DNA from: the human T2T-CHM13v2.0 reference genome, Homo sapiens
Assembly (NCBI RefSeq): GCF_009914755.1
Contig: NC_060930.1
Strand: one strand, 5' to 3'
Length of the DNA stretch: 64,000 bases
The position numbers were made by a program, and so were the translations under genes. This document shows positions 34,031-52,281 of this stretch, piece by piece (the stretch's first letter is position 1; each line of letters opens with the position of its first letter). The notes under the pieces are model-generated. The model made no database searches. It was not told the DNA's origin and saw nothing but the letters and a program-made list of their open reading frames with translations.

Positions 34031-34418
34031 ATTTTTTTAAAGAAGCACTTACAGCATATAAGACAATAATTTCACTATATAATGTCTCCTAAGGATTAAT
34101 AAGAAACAAGACCACAAGACATATGTAAACAAGACATACAAAGATAAACAAATAAATAGAAACATAATGTTCAAATAAATTACATGTAGCTCAGGGTAAC
34201 TTTTTTCACCTGATTAGCAAAAATCTTTCTAAAATGATAATGACCAATATTGGCAAAGATATAGTGATACTAGTACTCTCATACATGCTGATAGTGTTAC
34301 AAATTGGTTAGAACTCCTCAAAAATGCAATCTGGCAGTGAATTTAAACACTAAAAAATGTTTATAATTTTAGCTTAGTACATCCACATCATGGAATCTAT
34401 CTAATAAACAAAAATATT

Positions 34419-34718
34419 GGCCAGGTACAGTGACTCACGCCTGTAATCCCAGCACTTGGGGAGGCCGAGGCAGCTGGATCACTTGAGGTGAGGAATTTGA
34501 GACCAGTCTAGCCAACATGGTGAAACCCCATCTCTACTAAAAATACAAAAAATTAGCTGGGCACGGTGGCGCAGCCTGTAGTCCCAGCTACTCAGGAGGC
34601 TGAAGCAGGAGAATCGCTTGAACCCAGGAGGCAGAGGTTGCAGTTGAGCTGAGATCATGCCATTGCACTCCAGCCTGGGCAAAAGAGTGAGACCCTATCT
34701 TCAAAAAAATTAATAATA

Positions 34719-34750
<32 letters not shown>
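34419..34750 (+). mobile_element. AluS with (CA)n tail, within a degraded L1ME (about 34080-35010)
   Basis: Dimer; (CA)n at 34721-34750. Confidence 0.9.
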
Positions 34751-34757
<7 letters not shown>

Positions 34758-35015
34758 CACCTATCACAGCTTGATCAATAATAAGAATCCAAAACAACAT
34801 AAACATTCAACAGGGTAAAGGTATGTGTAATACAAGACAATAAAATATATAATCACAGATACAACATTATACAGCAATTTAAAATGACAGTTAAGAAGAT
34901 TAAGTGGAAAAGGATAGAAAATCATATTTACCATGATTATATTTAAATAAAAATATGCATATTAAAAAAGACTAGGAAGGAAAATGTCAAAGTGACAATC
35001 ATTGTGTTAGGGTAG

Positions 35016-35809
<794 letters not shown>

Positions 35810-35924
35810 GATGGTAAGACTGACCTTTCTAAACTTTCTGTAATATTTCATATCAATTCTATTGTTGCATGCTAATTTTAAAAATTAGATAAAATTTAAG
35901 TCTAGATGAAAACATATTTTGCTT

Positions 35925-36105
35925 CAGTGGTTCTCAACTCTAGTTGTATATTAGCATCAAGTAGTTAGCTTAAAAAAAAAAACAAAAAGAGTACAAATGT
36001 CATGCCTTCTCCTGTCCCCAGAGATTTTGATTTGATTTTTGTGAGGCTCAAATATCATTTTTTTTAACCCACATACTAATGTGCAGCCAGCGTTGAGAAC
36101 CACTG
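35925..36105. mobile_element. MER5 (hAT-Charlie MITE)
   Basis: TIRs cagtggttctcaac / gttgagaaccactg. Confidence 0.85.
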
Positions 36106-37289
36106 CTCTAGTATAGCAACTCATAAATGACGAGTTTCCCTAGGCCAAAGCAGAAATGGATATCAATCTAAAACCACATTTGTCTCAAAAATACTACAAA
36201 TGAAAACACTCAGTGATAGTCTATATTAGTTTAAATTTAGCACTGAGAGTTGCATCCCAGTTTAACTGACTTTGTCAAAGGAAGAGAAAAAATAAAACTC
36301 TTTATTCTACTTCTTCAATGTTTTTTATTTGTGGCATTTAAGACTTCAGAGATATAGTGCTCCAAGAAAAAGGTCCTTATTAGGATCTACATTCAAATTA
36401 GAGCAGTACACAAGAATTGTGTTTCCTTTGCTTACCTACTGACAACTGACCTTATGATAATACTACTAAAATTATGTAAGATATTTAGTCTTTGAATTTT
36501 TACAGTATGTTTTAGAAATGGTATAGACTAGCCAAGAGAAATAATCCATCAAATTCTCTGATAATGTGTTCTTTAGAATCACATTTTCCCTCTACTGTAT
36601 TTTCCAGGTATCAAACTTGTAAACACACAAACACACACACACATACTTCAGTATGTTTGTGAGCAAATGTATAACTTAAAGTTTTCAAATGTGAGATTCT
36701 AAGCTATAAACTACTGACAGTCTTATGCATCTTTTGGTTAACTTAGCATCACCTCATATTCTTTCAGCAGCAAAATCCATATATGAAAAGCATCGTTATC
36801 AACCAAGTGTGTCCAAAGATTGATCTCCATAGCAACTGTAACTCTGCCACATGTAGTGTATAAGGCATCAGAGTTAACACCACATGCACACAAAGTGTTG
36901 GTATTATGTAGTCCAGACTGGTTGCTGTAGAAACCTAAACCGAAGTCCCTGACAACAGTGGATAAAATGAAAACAACAACAGAATGGTCCTTAAGAACTT
37001 ACCTATCTACTCTTCTGCTTTCAAGCAAAGCCATCCTAAATGCTCTATTGATATTATTTATACTTAAAACTGATAGCACTAAAGGAAAATAATTTTAAAT
37101 GATGTTATATCTTTAGGAATCACTTCCTATTCCGTAAAAAATTCTCCTTCCCACCCTCTGCTCAACTGGATGTTCAGAAGCTCACTCCAATAAAGTACCG
37201 TCACCTTCTTCTAGCCTCAGCCAGAACCAGTCCCACACAGACAAGCTGGAGAGGTGCTAGCCTTTTGCTGCGACTACCACAACTATGAT

Positions 37290-38742
37290 AGATACAGACA
37301 AGCTTATTCTAAAACAAGTTTGAAAAAGAAGAAAAGTAGGAAGAATCACTCTGCCTTATATTGTCTCACTACATCGCTATCATAATCAAGACAGTATAGT
37401 ATTGGCAGAAGAAAAGACAAATAGACCAATGGAACAGAGAATCCAGAAGTGGATAAATACAAATACACCAACTGATTTTTCACAAAGGTACAAAAGTAGT
37501 TCAATGGAGGGAAAATAGTCTTTTCAACAAATCATGCTGGAACAACTGGACATCCATGGGCAAAAATAAAAAATAAAATAGAAGCTTGACTTAAAACGCA
37601 CACCGCATACAAAGATCAATGCAAAAAGGATCACGGATTTATGTAAAATGTGAACCACAGAACTATAAAACTTTTAGAAGAGAACATAGGAGAACATCTT
37701 TGGGACCTAGGGCTAGGAAAAGAGTTCTCAGACATCACATCAAAAACCCAATCTATAAAAGAAAAAAAAAAAACCAGTAACTGGATGTCATCAAAATTTA
37801 AAACTTTTACTCTGCAAAGGACTCCATTAACAAGATAAAAAGATGAGCCACATACTAGAAGAAAATATTTGCAAATTTTATATCCAAAGGACTTCTATCC
37901 AGAATATGTAAAGAATTCTCTAAACTCCGCAGTAAGGAAACAAACAATCTATTTGAAAATAGGCAAAAAGACTTGAATATTCATCTTACCAATGAGGATG
38001 TAAGTATGGCAAATCAGCACATGAAAAAACGTTCGACATCATTAGGCATTAAGGAAATTAAAGCTAAGATGAGATATTACTACACATCTATTAGAATGGC
38101 TAAAATAAAAAATACTGACAATACCAAATGCTAACAAAGGATATGGAGAAACTAGATTTCTCATACCTTGCCAGTGGAAATGTAAAATAGTACAGCTACT
38201 CTGGAAAACAATTTGGCAATTTCTTATGAAATTGAACATACACTTACCATACAACCCAACAATCACACTCCCAAGCTTTTATCTTAAAGAAACAAAAACA
38301 TGTTCACATAATCACCTATACATGAATGTTCAGAGCAGCTTTATTTGTAACAGCCCAAACTAGAAACAACCCAAATGTTTATGGTAAATGGATATATAAA
38401 CTATGGTACATTCATACAATGAGATATTAATTAGCAGTAAAAGGGAACAAACTACTGGCATACACAACTTAGGTGGATCACAAGGACATTACGCTGAGTG
38501 AAAACTGTCAATCTCAAAAGGTTACGTACTATATGACTCCATTTCTATAACATTTCAAAAGACAAAAACATAAAAATGAACAGATCAGGCAGTGCTCAAG
38601 GTTAGGAAAGGAGGAAAATTCCTGGTGCTGCACTTTGTAGTCTCAAAGTGCAACACCAGGAATTTTCTTCATAGCGATGGAACAGTCCTATATCTTGATG
38701 ATGGTAGTTACAAAAATCTATATACGTGATAAAATTTCACAG

Positions 38743-38782
<40 letters not shown>

Positions 38783-38990
38783 AATGCATGTAAAAACGAG
38801 TGAAAGCCAAATAAGGTTTGTAGTTTAGTTGGCAGTACTGTACCAATGCCAATTTCCTGGTTTAAATAATGTTCTATACTTATGCAAGATGTTACCACGG
38901 GGAAAGCTGGATGATGGCTAAAAGGACCTCTCTGTACAATTTTTATAACTTCCTGTAAGTCAGTAATTATTTCAAAATAAAAAGGTTAAA
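37290..38990 (+). mobile_element. L1MC/MD 3' part with (CA)n at 38744-38777
   Basis: ORF2 motifs (atagaccaatggaacaga; TIKLLEENIGEHLWDLGLGKEF) and L1M 3'UTR. Confidence 0.85.
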
Positions 38991-39039
38991 AAAAACTTGT
39001 CAGCAAAAACCTATAAAATTTTAAAAGTAAAAAAAAAAA

Positions 39040-39800
39040 AAAAACTTAAAACATTTGACAAAAAGACCCTTAATATATGAAGAGCTCTTCTATGTCAATA
39101 GGAGATAGTGCAAATAAAAATAAGGAAAGAATATAACTAGGCAACTCAACAAAGAAATAAAATTGGCCAACCACATAACAAAAAAGACTCAATCTCATTA
39201 GTATTCAAATACTAATATTAGTATTAATATTCAACATACAAGAAGACTTTTATAACATCTCTCAAGTTGGCAAAAATTATCAATATCCAAGGTTAGTAAG
39301 AACAAGGAAAAACAGGCACTCCCATATACCATGGACAGAAATTAATGTATGAAAATATTTCCAATAGAAGATATTCATACTCTTAATCCCAAAAAGTCAA
39401 TATTTAGGAAGGTATCCTAAGGAAATAATCAAACAAGTGTGCAATGACATACATGCAAATTCCATCACAGTACTATCTATAATAGTGAAGAATTCAGGAG
39501 AAAAACATTTAAAAAAAAGAGGATAATTAACTGTATTATGGAATATTCATTATAATGAAATATCACGTAGTTGTTAAAATTATGTTTATTAATTTTAAAA
39601 GCAATTCTCTATATACTGTTGAGAGAGAAAAGTAACAAAAATATACACATGTGATAAACCTATTTTTATGGCCATGCAGGCTATACACCAAAATATTAAC
39701 ACTAGGTATCTCTGAGTAATTAAGACTAGGGTAACTTTTCTTTATATATTTCTGTATTGTCCGACAGGAGCATGTTTTATACAAAAATAAAATTAATTTT
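39040..39800 (+). mobile_element. Degraded L1ME 3' end
   Basis: aaacaggcactcccatatacc, tatcctaaggaaataatc, atacaccaaaatattaac. Confidence 0.6.
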
Positions 39801-40941
39801 CATTTTTTAAATTAAACAATACATACTAAGCTAATGAGCGTTCTTTTAACTGGAGATTTCATATATTACGATGCTAAAAGCACTACATAATTTTTTTTAC
39901 TTCCATAGAAAAAATAAAACTACCCTGCCTGATATAGTAACATCTGCTTTTTCTTTATGACTCCTCCAGGTTCCTGAAAAGATATTCATTTTTAGTTTAA
40001 AAACAAACAAAAAAAGCCTGACCAGGGTGGCTTTAAAGAAAAAAATCCATGCAACCCAAGGACTATGTATGCTTGCTCATCATGAAGTTGATAATCTCTG
40101 CATCTCTGTTATATCTAGTTGTAAATGGCAATGAGTATTGTTTTAGGTATTAGTAAACTGTTAATTTATTAATAACATATTGACAAGTGTACTCTCCATT
40201 TGTCATAGAAGAAAGCTGGACAGCAAAAAGGGAAAAGAGAATAAAATGACAAGAATGATAATAATATCTTCCTTAATGTGATCTTGGGAAAAAAAGAATT
40301 TCATTTCTGAGGATAAGGAAGGAGGACAGCATATAGGAAATAATTTCCTTTTTACATTGGTAACTTGTATCAATATCAGAATCTCTGAAAGCTTATTTGA
40401 TAGTCTGTGGTAAGTAAGGTTTTATTGTTCAGTTGGAAAATAAAGTTTCTCCAGCAGAGACACATGGCTTCTTTGTCTGTTATTTCCCTCAGTTAAATAC
40501 TTGAAATGTCCAAGTTTAATAATAAAATATTGTTGCTTTCATAGTGAATTTCCTGGATTATATCACTCTCCCGAAGCCCTTCCAGCATTTAAAGAAGTTT
40601 TTTGTTTTTGTTTTACAGACCTGAATTAAGAGGACTTACAATATGCTGAAATCATCAAGAAGCTTTCTTAGGCTCATTAAGTTAAAATTCTCCCACATGA
40701 TTAACTGCTGATTTTGACTCAAAAGTAACATAATACTACCACTCCTCTTCCTGATTTCCACACTTGGCATTCCAGGTAAAAGGCAGAGCAGAAACAACTT
40801 CTTCCTATTTTCCATCTATACAATTCTACCCATTTCCAGCAGCTTCTTAAAATTTTTCTTCTTCCATAAAGCCTTTGGTTTAGCCAGCCCACAGTGTTCT
40901 ACCCTGAAGTCCTGTAGCACTTAGCTAAACACTTCATTTAG

Positions 40942-41291
<350 letters not shown>

Positions 41292-41799
41292 TTGTATCAT
41301 TAAACTGCATCATTATTTGCATCTAGTTTCCCCAAGTTCTCTTGCAGGAACCTTTTTTACCTCAACATATCCCTTATTGTGCTTTAATACACAGTAGTGA
41401 GTCAATAAACATTTGTTGATCAACTATAACACAAGTAAACCTTTCAGTTCCACTCTTATTTGATACTAATTTTTTTTTCAACACTTAGCTATTATTTCTC
41501 CTACCTATCCTTTGTCTTACTTACAAGGACAAAACTACAAAGGAGAGGCTGAAGATACAGGCTGTGTAGGGCATTGCATTCTCTTTGTCTTCCTGCAGCA
41601 AAAATTATTTAAAATGTGAAAAGAGAATAAAATGAAATGTATACCTTTGGTATATGTCTTTCAAAGTGAAACGACCATCATTTAACAAGAAATTAGAGAC
41701 CTCATTGGAGAATATGCTAAGGGAAAATCCAAGGGAATAATACTCATGGATTAATGAACTGATTCCTTCTCAAAGGATATGAACAACTCCATCAGTCTT

Positions 41800-44369
<2,570 letters not shown>

Positions 44370-45489
44370 GTCTTGTCCCTGATACTTCCAAAATCTGCAC
44401 TCATGATTTGAGAGAGCCTTTATGAAATCAAACATATTTTTACCAATCATGAATTCTATCTATCTAAAAGGACATTTAAGTGCCAGCAAAGAGTTTTATA
44501 ATTAGAAATCCATTCTTTTAAGAATAGCTATATTACCTAAATAATTCCAGATATTTTGTTTTGGTTTTTGGTTAAGGGGTGGGAGCAGGTGGGCAGAAAC
44601 CAAAATGAGAACTCTCCCTATTGTTTGTCATTCCATCCTAAATGAGCCCTTTCTTATATTTCCAGAGGTTTCTTATATTTTTGGAGGTTCCAGAATTTAA
44701 GTTTATGACACTCATTTGTAATGCATATGAGTATTTAGATTGGATTGTTACTTTAAAAAAAATGGTTTGTAGATAGCCTACGTCTACATTATTTCTACAA
44801 ATCCCAACCATATCAAACTGGAGTTGCTTCCAGCATTTATAATGAATTTACCAACAATATGAGGCCCTATTTAGAGACAGCTGTTTCTGAGAGAGGAACA
44901 AATTTTGGATTGACAAATTTCACATTTTTAACAGAGGTTGTGCACCAGCTGATTAGAATTTGTTCTGAAATTCTATCTATATCTATAATGTTTAAAACTA
45001 ATATATTTTCATAGTGTATATAAGATACAGTCAAAATTTTCTGAACTATTCCAATTACTCACTAGTACACTGCAGAGACTCATAAGGAATTTTATATTGT
45101 CCTTCACTCTGTCTTTAAGGTGCAAGTCAATCCCATGGAAGATTTCAAAATAAAAGGATGCAATAGCATCTTGTAGTAATCCATTGCTAACAAGTGGTAT
45201 AGCTTCAAAAAGCTTCCCCACTTAATTTTAATCAGCACTTGCTACAATTTAAGTGTATTCTTTTGTGCTCTGTTTTTAGAAAAAGTTGATCACTATCTTC
45301 AACCATGATGTTCTATGCTTTGAAGAATGATACACAAGATGAATGCCGTGACTAAGGCAAAGGTCAGGACAGGGCAAAACTCTCTGGTTAGGCAAAATTT
45401 TATTCCATTCCTTCAATTCTATAAGTACTTATTGAAGGCTTTCTGTATCAAGTATATGCTGGGCAACAGAAACATAAAAGAGAAAATCA

Positions 45490-45805
45490 GACCAGACGCA
45501 GTGGCTCATACCTGTAATCCCAGCACTTTGGGAAGCTGAGGCAGGAAGATCACTTGAAGCCAGGAGATCAAGACCATCCTTGGCAATATAGTGAAACTCC
45601 CCCATCTTTACAAAAAGAAATTTTTTTTTAATTATCTGGGTATAGTAGTGTACACCTATAGTCCCAGCTACTCCAGAGGCTGAGGTGGGAGTATTGCTTG
45701 AGCTGAGGAGTCTGAGGCTGTTGTGAGCTGTGACTACGCTACAGCACTCCAACCTGGGCAACAGAGCAAGATTCCTGTCATTCATTCATTCATAATTAAA
45801 TAAAT
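45490..45805 (+). mobile_element. AluJ with (ATTC)n tail
   Basis: Dimer; TSD agaaaatca. Confidence 0.88.
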
Positions 45806-45839
45806 AGAAAATCATCTCTTTCAAAAAGTTCACAGTCAT

Positions 45840-46045
45840 GGGAACACTTATACCTAAATTAGAGGTCCAGGCCAGTTCATCCATGAAGCAGCAACTATAA
45901 CTGAAGCACGCCAAATTGTGGAATGGAGAACATATGCCCAGTCTAAAGGATGCAGCCACTACCTGACACCAGCACTCCCATGCTCTGGGAGAATGCAAAC
46001 TCAGTGGTGTCACAGCTTCTGATTTTCTGAGAAGACAGAAACTTT
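45840..46045 (+). mobile_element. MER102-like fragment
   Basis: tggagaacatatgcccagtctaaaggatgcagccactac. Confidence 0.6.
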
Positions 46046-46546
46046 GAGGAATGAACATTTAACCTAGAGAAATCAGGGAATGCTTAGCAAAAGAGCTAAC
46101 ATTTGAATCGAGTCCTATAAAGGTTACGCAGAGTGTACTAGGTGTGAATGCAGATGCCTTATTTCCTGTGGCTACAGCTTAGGGTGGAAAGTGGGGAGTG
46201 GCAAGATAAGCAACTAGAGAGGAAAGAAGCCATGCACAAGCTAAACTCTATGCACAGAACACAAGAACTTGTTGAAGAAGTTACTCTATAATACAACATA
46301 CAAGAGCAGAATTTATCTGTCTGCAGAAAACTCTACCAAACTCCCATACAGTGAGATTTCAAGGTTTGGTAGACATACAAAGAGGCAGGTATCTTGCTTT
46401 TAGTCCATAAAGCTAGACTGGACACTACTGTATCTAAACACTCTTTGGCCTCGAACTATTGAGACATCTAAATGCCTGTATGGTTCCAGTAGCAGCAGTG
46501 GGTACATAAACACATAGCGGCCATGAAGAAGAATATACTAAACCTA

Positions 46547-46930
<384 letters not shown>

Positions 46931-47174
46931 TCATCCCCAAATGTCTCCCCTTTACTCTTGACAAGGGTAATACCTTATTCATTGCTAAAATTACTTAGCA
47001 TATACAAGACCTCTTGACATATATTATTCTCACCCACCTAAGACACCTTCAGCTCCCTATTTTCTATTTTGTGGGGGTTTATAACTCACACATCCACTGT
47101 AGCCAATTGTATTCATATTTTGCACTCTTTTTTTGTATATTAAACCACTTTAACTTCAAAAGTTCTAAAACCTA

Positions 47175-47836
<662 letters not shown>

Positions 47837-48206
47837 TCATCTTCCTAATCTTCCTAACCCATTAGTCAATCTTATTTTATTGTAATTCAAAAAAATTAAT
47901 CGATATTTTGCTCCAGAAAGGATGATTAGTTTTGCCAAGGAAATTTGCTATTCTCCAGGTAGGAAGGAGGAAAGAAAATCACGTTGGGTTCTGTCACCTA
48001 AGCCTTTCATTCAGTGAGTCTCACAACAAGATAGGTATTATTATTCCCCTTTTCACCAATGGGAAAACTGAAGTTCTGAGTAGTTAACTTGCTCAAATAG
48101 CAGGTAGTAAATGACTGATGTCTGGGCTAAAGCCAGACCTCTTTGGAAGACACAGCTTCTAAAACTAACTTCTTCCCACTATTCCACATAGCTTTAACTG
48201 TCACCC

Positions 48207-48505
48207 TTTTTCTTTTCCTTTTTTCTTGAGACAGGGTCTCACTCTGCTGCCTAGGCTGGAGTGCAGTAGCGCAATCATGGCTCACTACAGCCTCCACTTC
48301 CCAGGCTTAAGTTATCCTCCCACCTCAGCCTCCTGAGTTGGGACTACAGGTGCATGCCACCATGCCCGGCTAATTTTTGTATTTTTAGTAGAGACACGGT
48401 CTTGCCACATTGCCCAGGCTGATCTTGAACTCTGGGCTCATGCGAACCTGCTGCTTTGGACCCTCAAAGTGCTGGGATTACAGGCGTGAGCCACTACACC
48501 CAGCC
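48207..48505 (-). mobile_element. AluJ; MIRs at about 48000-48190 and 48700-48950
   Basis: AluJ diagnostics; MIR core ttttacagatgag. Confidence 0.85.
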
Positions 48506-49309
48506 ACCCGTTATTATTTCTAATAACAATCATAATACTGCACTTCTACCTTATATTTGTACAGTACAGCATACCTTTCAAATCACTTTCATCTATAATA
48601 TTTTTGTGGGTTCCTAAAACTATTTTTCAAGAAAACTTGGGCAAAGAAAAAAAAAGATGACTAGCCTAAGATCACAGAGAAATGATTACTGAGTACAAAT
48701 AATAGTTAATAACAGTAGCTATATTTATTGAACAGTTAATCTAAACATTTTACAATCTGTTGTCTCATGTAATCCTCATTACAATCCTGTGAGACAGCAA
48801 TGACAACAATATGACCTCTTTTACAGATGAGATAACAAGGCTTAAGGAATTCTGTAGTTCACATAGCTAGGAAATGGCAGTCTTGGAATTAAAATTCAGG
48901 TACTAGTAGGCTCACAAATCTATTTTCTTATCTACAGCATCATACAGAACTGCTTCCCTAAACTGCAGTGCTCTTTATAGAATATTATGCATTTACTATA
49001 ATTAAGTTAAACTAAAATTAGTTAGAATTGTGAACTGAAATTGCTATCAGTCTGATTTCCAAACCTACTACTGAATGAAAGTGGTGGAAGAAGCAAACAG
49101 GTGGCAGAATAATATCTAGCAGGAATTTAAAAGAAATTTTTCACTGGGTAATCAACACATAGATAATCAAAAACACAATATAATTTGGGGGGAAAGTAAA
49201 CCATCAACATCTCAGGATTATCCTCTTTGGATCAAGAGACATTACCCTGATCATTTAACAAATGAGCCCACTATTCAAACATACATTCAAAAGCAAAAAC
49301 ATTCTATTT

Positions 49310-50022
49310 TTCATTTTATTTTTAGTTGACACATAATTTATGGGATATTGATGCATGATATTTCTCAATACATGCATACAATGTGCAATGATCAAGTCAG
49401 TGTAATTAGCATAACCATCACCTTAAGCATTTCTTTGGGTAGTGAACATTCAAAATCCTCTCTTTGGCCAGGTACGGTGGCTCATGCCTGTGATCCAAGC
49501 ACTTTGGGAGGCCAAGGCAGGCGGATCACTTGAGGCCAGGAGTTTGAGACCAGCCTAGCCAACAAAATACAGAAATACAAAAATTAGCCAGGCGTGGTGG
49601 TGCACGCCTGTGGCTGAGGCATGACAATCGCTTGAACCCAGGAGGTGGAGGTTGCAGTGAGCCAAGATTGTGTCATTGCACTCCAGCCTGGGCGACTGAG
49701 GGAGACACTGTCTCAAAAACAAAAACAAAAACAAAAAAAATCCTCTCTTCTAGCTTTTTGAAAATATTCACTAAATTACTGTTAACCATATTCACCCTAC
49801 AATGCCACAGACACTAGAACTTATTCTTCCCATCTAGTTGTAACTTTGTATCTGTTAACCAATCTCTCCCTATCCTTCCCTCCCCTCTACCTTTCCCTAC
49901 CACCCCAATAACCACAATTCTAATTCTTTAAGCTCAACTTTTTCCTTAGCTCCCACATATAAGTGGGACATGTGGTATGTATCTTTCTGTTCTGACTTAT
50001 TTCACAACATAATGTCCTCCAG
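49310..50022 (-). mobile_element. L1MA 3' end interrupted by an Alu (49466-49736, +)
   Basis: L1MA 3'UTR antisense; Alu TSD aaaatcctctctt. Confidence 0.85.
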
Positions 50023-50149
50023 GAAAAAAATTTTTTTTTAACTCATCTTATGAAATAGTAAAAATCATCCAGGATGGAAAAGCTCCACCCCAGTTTTTTC
50101 CTACGTTGACCGGGTATACTCATATTCGTAAGTATTTTTAAAGTTATGT

Positions 50150-51900
50150 TAAAATATCCATACTACCCAAAAGCAACCTACAGATTCAATGCAACATTCT
50201 TCACAGAAACAGAAAAAAAAAAAACCCTAAAATTTATATGGAACCACAAAAGACCCAAATAGCCAAGGCCATCCTGACCAAAAGGACAAAACAGAGGAAT
50301 CACATTACTGGCTTCAAATTATACTACAGAGTTATTGTAACCAAAACAGCATGGTACTGGCATAAAAACAGACACATTAACCAATGGAACAGAATAGAGA
50401 ACCCAGAAATAAATTCATACATCTACAGTGAACTCACTGTTCAACAAAGGTGCCAAGAACATGCATTGGGGAAAGGACAGTCTCTTCAATAAGTAGTGCT
50501 GGGAAAACTGGATATCCATATGCAAAAGAATGAAACCAGACCTTTATCTCTCACTATACACAAAAATCAAATTAAAATGGATTAAAGACTTAAATCTAAG
50601 ATTTCAAACTATGAAACTACTAAAAGAAAATATTGGGCATACTCTCCAGGACACTTGCCTGGGCAAAGATTACTTGAATAATGTCCCAAAAAGCACAGGC
50701 AACCAAAGCAAAAATGGACAAATGGGATCACATCAAATTAAAAAGCTTTTGCAAAGAAAAGGAAACAGTCAACAAAGTGAAAAGACAACCCACAGAATGG
50801 GAGAAAATATTTGCAAACTCTATCCATCTGGCAAAGGATTAATAACAAGAATATACAAGGGGCTCAAACAACTTGAAGGGAAAAATAATCGAATAATTTG
50901 ATCTTAAAGTGGGCAAAAGAAGACATTCAAACGGCAAACAGGTATATGAAAAGGTGCTCAACATCATTGATCATCAGAGAAATAAATGCAAATCAAAACT
51001 ACAACGAGATATCATCTCACCCCAGTTAAAATGGCTTTCATCAAAAGATAAGCAATAATGAATGCTAGTGAGGGTATAGTGAAAAGAGGACTCTCATACA
51101 CGACTAGTGGGCATGTAAATTAGTACAAACATTATGGAAAACAGTACGCAAGTTCCTCAAAAACTGAAAATAGAGATAACTTGTGATCCAGCAATCCCCC
51201 TGCTGGGTATATGCCCAAAAGAAAGGAAATCAGTATACTGAAGAGATAGCTATACTCCCATGTTTACTGCAGCACTGTTCACAATAGCCAAGATGTGGAA
51301 GCAACCTAAGTGTCCATGAACAGATGAGTGCATAAAGCAAATGTGGTACATATACACAATGGAGTATTTATTCAGTCAGAAAATAAAATGAGATCCTGTC
51401 ATTTGCAACAACATAAATGGAACTGGAGGACATTAAGTGAAATAAACCAGGCCAGAAAGACAAACTTCACATATTCTTACTCATTTGTGGGAGGTAAAAA
51501 TTAAAACAATTGAACTTATGGAAACAGAGTAGAATGATAGTTACCAGAGGCTGGGAAGCATAGTGGCAGGTGGGTGGTAGGGATGGTTAATGAGTACAAA
51601 AATATCGTTAAAATGAATAAAATCTAGTATTTGATAGCACAACAGTGTGACTACATTTAACAATTATTTACTGTACATTTTAAAATAATTAAAAGAGTAT
51701 TACTAGAATGTTTGTATCACAAAGAAATAACAAATGCTTGAGGTAACACATACCCCATTTACCCTGATGTGATTACTAGGCATTGTATGCGTGTATCAAA
51801 ATACCTCCATATATATACGTGTGTGTGTGTATATATATACATATATACCTCCATTTATACTCCATAAATATACACACTTACTATGTACTCATAAAAATTT
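50150..51900 (+). mobile_element. L1MA 3' part (ORF2 C-terminus + 3'UTR)
   Basis: [33 protein letters not shown] is L1 ORF2p. Confidence 0.92.
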
Positions 51901-51948
51901 TTTTTAAAGCTCAACAGTAAAAGACAAACAAAAAATCAGTTTGATTAG

Positions 51949-52232
51949 GGCTGGGCACAGTGAGTCATGTCTGTAATCTCAGTACTATGAGAGGCCAAGG
52001 CAGGAGGATTGGTTGAGCCCAGGAGTTTAAGACCAGCCTGGGCAACACAGCAAGATCTCATCTCTTAAAAAAAAATTAATCTATTAGCCCAGTGTGGTGT
52101 TACACATCTGTAGTCCTAGCTACACGGGAGGCTGAGGTGGGAGGATCACTTGAGAACAGGAGTTCAATACTGCAGTGAGCTATGATCATGCCACCATACT
52201 GCAGCCTAGGTGGCAGAGCAACATACTGCCTC

Positions 52233-52279
<47 letters not shown>
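51949..52279 (+). mobile_element. AluJ with (CA)n tail
   Basis: Dimer; (CA)n at about 52236-52279. Confidence 0.9.

Positions 52280-52281
<2 letters not shown>

Noticed and set aside
49310-51900. Oppositely oriented adjacent L1MA pieces as a twin-priming inversion
   Set aside because: Both pieces contain 3' termini of apparently different subfamilies, so they are independent insertions
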